Shown here in pieces: positions 44,590 to 54,735 of a stretch of 64,000 bases of DNA. Numbering within the stretch: position 1 is the first letter of the stretch; each line of letters starts with the position of its first letter. The translations under genes were made by a program, and so were the position numbers. Source of the DNA: Williopsis jadinii (taxonomy: Eukaryota); contig AP024666.1 of NCBI GenBank assembly GCA_024346625.1, forward strand, positions 744,001-808,000, given 5' to 3'. The notes below the pieces were generated by a model. It did not search any database and was not told the DNA's origin. It was given only the letters and a program-made list of their open reading frames with translations.

Positions 44590-44663
44590 TCTTACTTAAA
44601 AGCTGAAATGAAAGTGGAATCTGCATTGAGACATATTCAGTACTTATACAACTATTCATTCTA

Positions 44664-45440
44664 TTAGTTGTAGACAATACCACCGTCAACAAGAATGGAC
44701 TGACCTGTGATGTAATTGGCCTTCTCAGAGGCAAGGAAACTGACCAAGTTTGCAACATCCTGTGGTTCGGAGCCTCTACCAAGAGCGATGCCTTCAATGT
44801 ACTTCTTCAAAGTCTCACCCTTTGGTGCACCAGTGTATTCACCCATCTTTTCATCAATGAGATCCCACATTGGAGTGAGAACAATACCTGGACAGTACGC
44901 ATTAACTGTGATCTTCTTCGAAGCAAGCTCCTTTGCCGCAACTTGGGTCAAACCTCTAACGGCAAACTTGGTAGCAGAGTACAGACCAAGCATAGGGAAT
45001 GCTTGATGACCAGCGATTGAACAAGCATTGATGATCTTACCAGGTTGATCCAATTCCTGGAACTTCTCAGCAGCAGCCTGGATACCGAACAGGACACCAC
45101 CGATGTTAATCTTGCACAGCTTTTCAACATCAGCAGCCTTGACATCAACCAATGGCGCGATGGAGGCAGCACCTGCGTTGTTAACAAGAGTACTGAAGTT
45201 ACCCAATTCCTTGTGAGTCAAGTTGACTGCGTTGGTCAAGTCCTCTTTCTTAGAAGAATCAGCTTCAATGAAGAAGGACTTGCGGCCAAGAGCCTCAATC
45301 TCCTTAACTGTTTGCAACGCCAATTCCTTCTGGAATGAAAGATCGGTAATGGCAACGTCGTAACCATCACGTGCAAGTTGAAGTGAAATACCTTTACCAA
45401 TACCTCTGGCGGCACCTGTAACTAGAGCAACTCTGGACAT
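44664..45440 (-). CDS. SDR-family acetoin/diacetyl reductase (2,3-butanediol dehydrogenase, BudC type)
   Basis: 258 aa with [47 protein letters not shown] and [14 protein letters not shown], all typical of bacterial BudC/ButA. Confidence 0.85.
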   Translation of the reverse strand: MSRVALVTGAARGIGKGISLQLARDGYDVAITDLSFQKELALQTVKEIEALGRKSFFIEADSSKKEDLTNAVNLTHKELGNFSTLVNNAGAASIAPLVDVKAADVEKLCKINIGGVLFGIQAAAEKFQELDQPGKIINACSIAGHQAFPMLGLYSATKFAVRGLTQVAAKELASKKITVNAYCPGIVLTPMWDLIDEKMGEYTGAPKGETLKKYIEGIALGRGSEPQDVANLVSFLASEKANYITGQSILVDGGIVYN

Positions 45441-45530
45441 CGTATAAGTTTTTGTAAGAAGAATTAGAACGTATCAAACTGTCATAGGACAGACATAACC
45501 ATTGTTGATGATATGGACAATAACACCACG

Positions 45531-45537
45531 TTTTATA
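45531..45537 (-). promoter_or_regulatory. TATA box (TATAAAA) of the acetoin reductase gene
   Basis: Consensus match about 90 bp upstream of ATG 45440. Confidence 0.45.
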
Positions 45538-46381
45538 CTCCACATGGTTACTCCACACGGTCGCAGTGAGGGTGTAAATTCTGCAGCCAACTGGCGAGTC
45601 GACCTGGAAAGCGTCAGCCAGGCAAGTGCTGCACACCTACCAACAGGGGTGTACAAGAGAGCAAGGTAGCTCCCTTGATGTATGGCTCTAACCCCTTAGA
45701 GATGTGGGAAGCCTTCGACTGAGTCTCAAACCAGCGCTACTGAGCGAGCATTCTTCCCCCCGAACTCCTAAGCCTAGCGGATTCCGGATCTTTTGTGCAT
45801 ATAAGCAGGTGTGTACTTCTCCAACTGGCGCCTATGACGTTTCTTGTGAGGGAGCTTGAGAACTTATAGCAGCATCTTTCAGGGTGGCTGTGATACTTCA
45901 GGGCGAGATCTTCATAGATGGTGCTACAGAGACCGCAGCATAACCCCCACCAGTATGACTTGAGTGACTCAAATTTGCGTGATTAACGGACAATCGTGCC
46001 CTCTGTTCAGAGCACTGAGCTCGAATGTGTGGGTGATCAAAATCCGATATGTCTCAAAGCTCGAAGCTCGAGGTGCGAGTAAGGGGTTCGAAATCATCAA
46101 CTACGACTAACTGCTACTTCACTTCACCTGTTCGGTTCATAAAGAATGGCCCACGCGTTGTTGTACCGTGGACTTCGGAATGGTTGTTCCGGACAGCTGA
46201 CACCTCAGACAGTCCTATGAGATATGGCCATCATGCACCACTACGGTACATTCAGGTTAAAGCCGTTCGCCCTTTCTCATTACAACTGAGGCCTTAGAGC
46301 ATATAGGTGTAGCATCGTTGTATTCAACAAGAAAGTATCTAAAAGGTGTCTATGTCACGTAATCATCTGTTCTCATTTAGT

Positions 46382-48472
46382 TCACTTGGTAACATTCTGA
46401 TAGTAGAGCATAACCTGTCTCTCTCTTTGATCTCCTAAATCGTCAAGTGCATCCATTCTGACTTGTTCTCTTTCATTGAAGACCTTCATGAACTCAACCA
46501 CGTTGATGGAATCGCACTCGCTCAGTTTGATGGACTCATCTCGGCAACGTTCGTTCACTTTGGATTTCAAAATTGACTTTGGTTGTGTCTTCAAAGAGGA
46601 CATGGACAAGTTGGACTTGTTAAATGTAGAAGGCCCTCCAATTACGTTGAAAGGCTCATTAACAACAGACTCTGGACTGCCAAACTCGTTATCTGTGTGT
46701 TCTTTCAGGAGCCCAGACTCGGATGATTCATGATGATGATTGAATGCCATTGAGCTTCTCAAAGTCTGCAGCGCTGACTTAACTGGACTTTCTTCAGTGG
46801 TTTGCCTCAACGTTCCGGAACCATTGTAAAATACAACCTCTGAAAAGTCATCAAATTTAATTCTCGAATACAACCTTTGCGGTTCCTGCAAGATTTTGCT
46901 TCCAGACTTATCCTGTAGCTCGACTCCAAAGAATCTTGGGTCCTGAATATTGTACGGTTTGTTCTCATCATCGGAGAGACAATCGTCGTGAGGGTGATAG
47001 ATACTTTTGATCCTTTCTCCTTCAAGTATACTGGTTTTCAAGCCAGATATCATGTACCTATCCTCTCTTATTGTGGGGACTAATATTGTAACAGGTTCAT
47101 AGCTGTTAATAGAACCCACGCTGGTGTCGCTATCGCTTTCAAGAGGCTCACCTGTTTCATCATTTTTGAAGACGTGGGTTTTCTGACAATATTCATCGTT
47201 ATTGTATACCTGTTCTTTCAACTCTTCATCAATAATATGGCCATCCGTAGACCATTTCTGAGTTTCCCAAAGTATCGTGGGTTCAAGATTATTACAGATA
47301 TGTGAGGATGGCTGAACGACTTGTCCTGAACCCTTGGTGATGTGGTAGTTGGGAATATCTCGGGAACAATTGTCATACACATTATTGTCTACCTCAGTAT
47401 CCATTTCAACAGATTGATGAATTCCTTCAAGAGCTTTACCGCTAATGTTTTGTTGCTGAGATCTAGCCTTTACGAAAGTGCCATATGTCTCACAGTCAAT
47501 GTTGAGGTCAATCGACGACCCACTGGTATTTGTAAATTCTCCAGACTCCTCTTCCAAGTTACCGATGTCATTGTTGAGGTTTATTTCACTAGAAAACGAC
47601 AACTTTGGGAATTCATACATAACCTTTTGAAGCTCTTGAAGACGCTCAAAGCTCCAGGTATTCACCTGTGGATATTCAATTCTTGTAAACTCGTCATACT
47701 CCCTGGAGGAAATTGCTGTTGGCACAGAGATCCTGGTGGTTGCATTGTTATAGTTGATATGTGGACAACAAGTTTCAGTTTTGCCGTCCAAAAGGTCATC
47801 ATTGGTGTTGATATCAGCATCACAACTGAGGTGGAAGAATGGTGTGTATGTCAATTTAGTGCTGAGCTCACCAAGGGCAGTCTTATGATGAATACCTTGG
47901 GGTTTCCATCTGAACCATGACTTAATCATAGCCCTTTTCCTTTTCTTAAACTGGATACTAGATTCAATAGTTTGCTCTCCTCTACACTCAAGTTCTGGGG
48001 TAGCACCTCTCTTTCTCGATGTTGTTGACAAAGCTGTCATCATATCGACCTCCTTAGTCACCTCCAAAGTAGAACTAGCAACAGAAGTATGTCTGTAAGC
48101 AGGTATTTCTTCACTGCTTATGGAAGTTAAAAGCTTGACAGTAATACCTTTCGATGCTGATTGGTGTACCACATCGTTGGACAAAGCTTTCTCCTTTGAA
48201 AGAGCCGATTCATGAAAAGGAAACTTGAATTTGGTTTTGAGACTATGATACGTGCTTTTAGGCACAGTAGACCTCCAAGTATGTGACGTGTGATGAGCAA
48301 GACTTCCCCTTCTGAAGATACCATGGTGGCGACACTTATCTATTGGCACGTGAGCTTTTTCAACATCATCTGAACTGCCATTCTTGCTCATAGAATTACC
48401 CGTATCACAATATGAAGCTGTCAGTCCTTGCCAAATAGTGGAAGAATCTTCTTCTTTTCCTGTAAAATCCAT
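46382..48472 (-). CDS. Putative Gip1-like PP1 (Glc7) regulatory subunit
   Basis: 696 aa, mostly disordered. Has an RVxF-like RIKF followed by KSILKSK (SILK motif) near the C-terminus. KKRKRAMIKSWFR resembles the recalled Gip1 basic segment. Orthology not established. Confidence 0.55.
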   Translation of the reverse strand: MDFTGKEEDSSTIWQGLTASYCDTGNSMSKNGSSDDVEKAHVPIDKCRHHGIFRRGSLAHHTSHTWRSTVPKSTYHSLKTKFKFPFHESALSKEKALSNDVVHQSASKGITVKLLTSISSEEIPAYRHTSVASSTLEVTKEVDMMTALSTTSRKRGATPELECRGEQTIESSIQFKKRKRAMIKSWFRWKPQGIHHKTALGELSTKLTYTPFFHLSCDADINTNDDLLDGKTETCCPHINYNNATTRISVPTAISSREYDEFTRIEYPQVNTWSFERLQELQKVMYEFPKLSFSSEINLNNDIGNLEEESGEFTNTSGSSIDLNIDCETYGTFVKARSQQQNISGKALEGIHQSVEMDTEVDNNVYDNCSRDIPNYHITKGSGQVVQPSSHICNNLEPTILWETQKWSTDGHIIDEELKEQVYNNDEYCQKTHVFKNDETGEPLESDSDTSVGSINSYEPVTILVPTIREDRYMISGLKTSILEGERIKSIYHPHDDCLSDDENKPYNIQDPRFFGVELQDKSGSKILQEPQRLYSRIKFDDFSEVVFYNGSGTLRQTTEESPVKSALQTLRSSMAFNHHHESSESGLLKEHTDNEFGSPESVVNEPFNVIGGPSTFNKSNLSMSSLKTQPKSILKSKVNERCRDESIKLSECDSINVVEFMKVFNEREQVRMDALDDLGDQRERQVMLYYQNVTK

Positions 48473-49111
48473 GGGAATAGCAACTAGCGAAGTGCAGTAG
48501 TAAAATGAACACCCTAAACAGCCAGCTTACGAGTTTCCGCTAAAAGGTAGGAAATGAATTCCATGAATAGTTTAGAAAACTATTGAATCATCAATCGAAA
48601 TCATATCATCTTTGTGTAGTTTTCACCATTTGTGAGTGGTACAAAAAGCAGTCCTATGGTAGTTTGAGGACATGGGAATATATAAGTGAGTGTCCAGAAC
48701 GTACGGAATCGACCCTGCTTGTGGCTGACTGGTAAAGCTGCATTGAAGACATCTTAACAGAAGCTAGCAACAACTCCAAACGCAAAAAAAGAACGTGAAT
48801 CGCGTATCCAACAAGTAAAACTACCAGTAATATCCAATTCAAAGTCTTCAATTATCAAGTTCAAAAGATCAACGCATAAGTTATGCACACCGTCGCGTTG
48901 GTCTTGCGCCTACCAAAAATAAGTCACGTGATATGCGTTCTGAGCCCTGTTAACGGATCTTGAAAAACCTGGACACCATGTGTACCCCCCCTCCCACTTC
49001 TATTACATTCCTCCAGCTCACTTTCCGATCGCTTTTATATGATAATCGTATTCCTCTGGCTCTGAATTTCCACAACGCTTGTTGTTTCCAGTTATTTTAA
49101 GTACCAGTATC

Positions 49112-50043
49112 ATGCTTATCTTAGCTATTGGCGATTTACACATTCCAGATAGGGCAATTGTAAGTCTTTGGTGTTGTGGCATCTCAGAAGACAATCGTTT
49201 CGTTTCACAGTACTGACACCCTCAAACAGGACCTACCGGCAAAAGTGAGTTGTACCTTTCATTTTATTCTTGTGTTGTTATTTTGTTTTAGAAACGTTAT
49301 ACTAATATGCTTCCATCTATCAGTTCAAAAAGCTATTAGTGCCAGGAAAAATCTCCCAGGTGTTATGCTTAGGCAATGCGACTTCATCACCATCTACCCT
49401 TGAGTTCCTTAAGAGTCTATCACCAGATTTCCAAATTGTGAAGGGAGAATTTGATGATAACTCTACTCTACCACTATCCCTGGTGATTACACATGGATCC
49501 TTGAAGATTGGGTTCACCAATGGCTACACCATAGTTCCAAGAGGGGATCCGCTGAGTTTACTGATAACGGCAAGACAGATGAACGTTGATGTGTTGATAT
49601 GGGGAGCAACACATAAAGTCGAAGCTTACACTTTGGAAGGGAAGTTCTTTGTGAACCCAGGAAGTGCTACTGGCGCATTCACAACTGAATGGCCTGAAAT
49701 TGACGGAGTTGAAGAATCACAAAGTGATGTTGTGAAGGAGGATACCACCGAGGCATATGAAGACTCTAAAGATGAAGACGGATCAAAGGAGACGACTGAG
49801 CCGTCCGAAACAGCTGAGCCTGAAAACAAGGAGGAGGAGAAAGAAGAACAAGGTGTGAAAAAAGTGGAGGATAAGGCAATCGAATCAGACAAAGATGGTA
49901 GTGACGAAGAAGATGAGGATAACGATATAATCCCATCGTTCACGCTGCTTGACATCCAAGGCTCCGTCATCACGCTATACATCTACACATACATCAACGG
50001 CGAGGTGAAAGTGGATAAAGTGAGCTATCGCAAGAACCAATGA
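49112..50043 (+). CDS. VPS29: Retromer subunit Vps29; join(49112..49159,49230..49244,49324..50043), 260 aa
   Basis: Introns 49160..49229 (GTAAGT/TACTGAC/CAG) and 49245..49323 (GTGAGT/TACTAAT/CAG). Spliced N-terminus is MLILAIGDLHIPDRAIDLPAKFKKLLVPGKI; also FFVNPGSATGA. Confidence 0.96.
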
Positions 50044-50286
50044 ACATACTGTCAAGTCCAGTAGATTAGACTAATCGATGTAGGGCTTGTTTGCCCTAAC
50101 TAACCAACCCGCTGTTTTCGGTAGAGCCACGATTCCTTTTTGTGTCCTTGGGCTTTTTTTTCGCCCAAGAAAAACACAAAACGAGGAAAAAAAACTTTGA
50201 GAATTGAAAACTTTTCTTCTTTCTCTTCTTATTTACACTCGTTAAGCAAAGCGACTCCAATGCTCGTGACAAGAGCTGAGTAAAGT

Positions 50287-50578
50287 GTAAGTGATTTGAT
50301 ATGTGAAACTGATGGGCCTTGTGTAAGACCGAGGAAGTACAATTCTTATTTAAATGATGACTTGAGTGCATTTGGCTCGAGACTTTTTGTCGATGTGGAA
50401 AAAACCACGCTACCTTACTTTTATTTCTGACAATTTGTACTTCTTTTGAGGTTTTATAATGTCATCGTTTCGAGACTTTGTGGGAAATGAGTACTAATGC
50501 ATCTCAGTGTTGTATGTGGATGATCAATTCATACCTTGCGTATAATATACTTTCTCTCTCTTATGCTAATGACTGTAG
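50287..50578 (+). other. Two predicted introns of a non-coding snoRNA host transcript (50287..50507 and 50512..50578)
   Basis: GTAAGT 50287 / TACTAAT 50492 / CAG 50507, then a 4-nt exon TGTT, then GTATGT 50512 / TGCTAAT 50564 / TAG 50578. Confidence 0.65.
50332..50432 (+). ncRNA. SNR13: Box C/D snoRNA snR13 orthologue
   Basis: Box C ATGATGA at 50354-50360 and box D CTGA at 50427-50430. TGAGTGCATTTGGCTCGAG, GTGGAAAAA and GCTACCTT match recalled S. cerevisiae snR13. The guides are complementary to 25S rRNA AAGGUAGCCAAAUGC (Am2280/2281 region). Lies near TRS31 as in S. cerevisiae. Confidence 0.9.
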
Positions 50579-50709
50579 ATAGAACATGGTTAGTACATCC
50601 CCAATTCCGACGAGTAGGAGTTAGCTGACTACAGTGGCTACACCTATTACAACTTTTGAGGGGTGACTGTAGATGTATTTACCCCCTTGGAGCGATGAGT
50701 ACATGTCTT

Positions 50710-51327
50710 TCATTCTTCCAGTCCTTCTAGCAGGTCCTTATCCAAATCATCCACAACTTCAGACTTTTGAAAGCTGCTTGGCAATAGGTCTTGCACTTTG
50801 AGTACCTTCTTCATGGAGTACGCATCTTCACCGTCGGCGTAATAACTCTTTTCAATGCTTAAAACTTCAAATTGTAAAGTGTCTCTATAGAGATGCAGCG
50901 CTGCTCTATTACTCTTTCTCACGTGTAAACTGACGTATTCAGACTGGAAAGTCTCGGTCAATGCAAAGAGAGCTTGTCTCATGAGCTTCTCAGCAATACC
51001 TTGTCTTCTGTACGTTCTCATGACGGAAAGAGAAGTGATATGGCCATGTGGTGTTTTGTCTTGTGAATCTGGGTCGTCATCCATCTTGGCTAAAACGTAA
51101 CCGACAACTTTCTCTCCAGCAGCAACATATGCTGGATCACCTTTGACGTCTTTGGTGTAAACATGGTCTGGCAAATCAGTTGTAGTAGCAACAAATGAAG
51201 CTTCAGGCCATGATAAGATGTGATACATGTAGTACTTGAGCTGGTAGTTCTCCGGAAGGTTGTGCAAGTTGGCATTTTGCATAGCTTGGACGTCATTGAT
51301 CGTCGCCTTTCGAATTGTTATAGCCAT
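50710..51327 (-). CDS. ARD1: NatA catalytic subunit Ard1/Naa10
   Basis: [63 protein letters not shown] and YYADGEDAY. Confidence 0.97.
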   Translation of the reverse strand: MAITIRKATINDVQAMQNANLHNLPENYQLKYYMYHILSWPEASFVATTTDLPDHVYTKDVKGDPAYVAAGEKVVGYVLAKMDDDPDSQDKTPHGHITSLSVMRTYRRQGIAEKLMRQALFALTETFQSEYVSLHVRKSNRAALHLYRDTLQFEVLSIEKSYYADGEDAYSMKKVLKVQDLLPSSFQKSEVVDDLDKDLLEGLEE

Positions 51328-51574
51328 GGCTGGATGCAAATAGATGGATATACAGAAAAACACTCGAGGTTATAACTGTGTTATATTTTGTCCTCGTCGT
51401 ATTCCGTCGAAGAATTTTGTTCGTCGTCCATCGTCTTTTCTCCATTTCGACGGCCTGCTTTTTTTCTGAGCCCTTCTCACGGTCATTTTGACCATTGGGC
51501 ACACCACTTTCTCCAAAACACGACGTAGATGGATGATGGCATTCTACAGAGATATCATAAGAAGAATGTATATG

Positions 51575-52327
51575 TTATTTACTAAACCTAACGGCTTCTC
51601 TTTCAATGACTGCACGGTCAAACTTGACGAGGAATACGGTTCTTAGTGGGAAGCCTTCTTGCTCGACAGTGTGTGCACTAACTTCTGCTTGGAAATAAGC
51701 TGCATCCAATATGCCCTCAATGATACCTGCGGTGAAGGCACCCACGTTCAACTGTCCAAATTCCTTTGGTACTGAGATGAACTGGGATATAAGTGGTAGA
51801 TTATCAGTTATCATGTCTATCAGGGGCGAGGAGGAGGGCGATAGTTAGTATCGATTTCTCACAGGGGAGGTTTGTCAGTGCTACTTACATTCCTGATCCG
51901 AGTCAGAACTCTTCTCCAATTCGTCTGCAACCTTGCCAAATAACGTCTTCCATAGCTGCGTATGTATGAATTGTAATATCTCAAGGACTTTTGTCTCTCT
52001 TTTGGCGTTCTTCCCATCCCTTAGTGTAATCAACTCGAGGAATTTCGTACCGACACCGTACCCTAAAGCATTCAACTTGGCCTCCAGTTCCTTAACACCC
52101 TTTGAGCTACTCTGTACGTATTGGACAATACCACTGAATAGGAAGGAAAGGGAAGCAATGTTGACCTCTGGCGTACGACGCGATAAGGAATTGTCGTAGA
52201 TGGTCTTTGCTTTTGACACCTGTGATGTATATGAAGACGGTAGTTGGATAGGACCAAGGGAAGGGTTGTACCCTGGCTTCAGCGCGGTTCTTGTAGCAGT
52301 GGAGGGTTGAATGATCTGTTGGCTCAT
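51575..52327 (-). CDS. TRS31: TRAPP subunit Trs31; join(51889..52327,51575..51816), 226 aa
   Basis: Intron 51817..51888 (GTAAGT/TACTAAC/TAG). Motifs LEILQFIHTQLWKTLFGKVADELEKS, EYMITDN and FISVPKE. Confidence 0.95.
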
Positions 52328-52453
52328 TCCTTTTGTCTATCTTTTCTATGTATGGTCCTGCTAGTTTTGACCTGTCGATGGTGAGCAGGAAAAGCCGAAC
52401 TTTTGTTTTATTTTTCTTCGTTTGTAAACACTCCACACAAACTCCATTAAGAG

Positions 52454-52504
52454 ACAACAACAACAACAACAACAACTGCGACAACAGCAACAACAGCAGC
52501 AGCA
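52454..52504 (+). repeat. (CAA)n/(CAG)n microsatellite directly upstream of ATG 52505
   Basis: acaacaacaacaacaacaacaac...caacagcaacaacagcagcagca. Confidence 0.8.
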
Positions 52505-53637
52505 ATGTTTTACACGAAGAAGCACAGATTTGCTGTATACCGAGACTTCTTCCAAGGTAACAAAGACACCGATTGCAGTACTCAAGCTCCGATGAACCTG
52601 GCAAACTGACTTTTACCGCCTTCTCTTTCAAAGACATATTGAGCGATACGTCGTACAGCTCTTGTGGGCATGAGCAGGTTGTTGATAACGCTGATTACGA
52701 TGGTGACGATGATCCATTTGTTAATGATGACAATCCACTGGATATGTTTTCTCTAAATGATATTGGACTGACTGTGAGACAAGTATCTCCATGTAAGAGG
52801 ACTCCCTCACCGGTAAAGGCCAATGCTCCAGAATATGGTGCAGTGATGAGACAGCCAGCGCCTATGAAACCATCGCTATTATCGGTGATTATCGCACAAC
52901 CAACAAGAGCAATGCCTGATTCATCATCGATAGGCGACACCGCTGTGGAAATATCACAACCGCCAAGTACGTCGATTCAACTCTGTGAGTTTGAACAGCC
53001 GCCACGATCCACTTCTACACCTATTAATCCGCTCTTGGGTTCCCCTATTACGAGTAAGTTGACAACCACAACTCCTCCCAAAACTCCTCTTAGAACGCCA
53101 TTGAGCAAGAGACCAAACGACTATTCCACGCCTTTGTTCAGGTTTCAATCGCATGCTAGTTCGAGTCCATCTGGTATGTCGTGCGATGAACAGGAACGGC
53201 TGTTGGAATCGTTTAAGAGTCAGAGCTTTGATAGTGCCAGTCCATGTAACCTACGTCTTGTGAAGGCAAGGGAAAACCGTGCGTTTCATCATATGTCAGA
53301 GCGTATTAGAAATTCCGTTGTCTTTGACAAAACTGCTTCCCGCGAGACCAGAGACTCTAGTATGAATAGAGGAATTATGAAAACTCCAAGCTCTATGAAA
53401 GCTGTGGGTCTGGCGAAGAAGGTTAGAATCAACACCACTGTGGAGTTGATCACACCACGGAAACAGACAAGAAGGGTGTCCAGCTGCCTGTCGAGTTCAC
53501 CAGGTTTACCGAATGTTCGTCAACGGAAACGGGCCAAGAAGAACATTGTCGATGAACAAAAGCAGCTTGTTGAATACAAACTGATGATGGAGTTATGCTC
53601 TAAGACGAAGGATCCATTGGATTTACTTAAACGATGA
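52505..53637 (+). CDS. S/T-P-rich cell-cycle regulator, candidate Spo13/meikin; proposed join(52505..52556,52634..53637), 351 aa
   Basis: A long ORF is certain. The proposed intron 52557..52633 (GTAACA/AACTGAC/AAG) is in phase. Motifs STSTP, D-box RTPLSKRPN and ABBA-like FAVYRD; position follows VPS29-ARD1. Confidence 0.55.
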
Positions 53638-53711
53638 AAATACTAGGCGTTTTTATCATTATGATGTGGTTGTTCAAACGTTTACTCGTTGAAACTGTTC
53701 TAAACATGTGT

Positions 53712-54460
53712 TCACTCTTGGAGGATGAAGTCCTTCAACTCGTTATAAGCCTTTTCCAGGTCGTCGTTGATGATAATTTGATCATGGGCGCCACTCTTTG
53801 CGTATTCCATCTCTGCAGATGCAGCGCCAATTCTCTTCTCCAAGGAGTCCTGTGTCTCCGTACCTCTACCTTCTAATCTCTGTCTCAAGATTTCAATCGA
53901 TGGAGGCGACAAGAACAAGTATCTTGCGTTAAGATCCGTGTTCTTAACGGATTTCACACCTTGCATATCGATGTCCAATATACAAACCCTACCCAACTTG
54001 GCAACGTCTTGAACTGCTTTAACCGTTGTACCGTAATAGTTACCGGAGAACTGGGCCCATTCGATGAAGGCATTCTCATCTATCAACTTCTTAAACTCGT
54101 CGACACTGACAAAGTGGTAATCCTTGCCGTCAACCTCACCTGGTCTCGGCTGACGCGTCGTGTTCGACACTGAGAATCCAAATCTGTCTGGGTACTCTTT
54201 GAACAGTCTCTTCAGCAAGGTAGATTTACCAGCACCAGATGGACCTGAAACAACAATTGGACGGTCTGTTTGTGAGTTAGTACACGTGTGTCATCGTGGC
54301 ATATGGGAGCGCAGCGTGCGTGTATATCTTTGTATCTGATGAGTTAAATGTGTATCTTTTTCATAGTATTCATTGCCCACACAGATGAGCGGACAGAAGA
54401 CACATAGACACAGAGAATGAACTGGATGCACTCACACAAGCGATTCAACATACGTGACAT
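53712..54460 (-). CDS. GUK1: Guanylate kinase; join(54454..54460,53712..54265), 186 aa
   Basis: Intron 54266..54453 (GTATGT/TACTAAC/CAG). Spliced product [39 protein letters not shown] and FSGNYYGT motifs. Confidence 0.96.
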
Positions 54461-54641
54461 GTTTATACAACTGCTTGTAAGTTGAGTGATTGAGTCAACA
54501 AAACAGTTGGGAAGGAATTAAAAAAAGAAACAAATATTGAAGGAACCAATCGAAGAAGCAAAAAAAAACATACACATCGCTGTCGATGAGAAGAAAAAAA
54601 AACACATGCGCTCGCGTTTCATTTTCGTTTTTGTTGTCTCA

Positions 54642-54735
54642 TTTTCGTTTCTGTTTTCGTTTCTGTTTTCGTTTCTGTTTTCGTTTCTGTTTTCGTTTCT
54701 GTTTCCGTTTCTGTTTTCGTTTTCGTTTTCGTTTT
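54642..54735. repeat. 12-bp minisatellite (TTTTCGTTTCTG) x6 followed by (TTTTCG) x3
   Basis: Read directly from the sequence; lies in the divergent GUK1/NHX1 intergenic region. Confidence 0.92.

Noticed and set aside
48923..48931. GTCACGTGA as CDEI of a point centromere
   Set aside because: No AT-rich CDEII or CDEIII follows; more likely an ordinary bHLH (Cbf1-type) promoter site.
49700..49925. Acidic insertion of about 75 aa in Vps29
   Set aside because: Budding-yeast Vps29 proteins have a low-complexity insertion at this position, so it is not novel.
54266..54453. Longer GUK1 intron as a possible snoRNA host
   Set aside because: No box C/D pair or clear H/ACA architecture on the sense strand.
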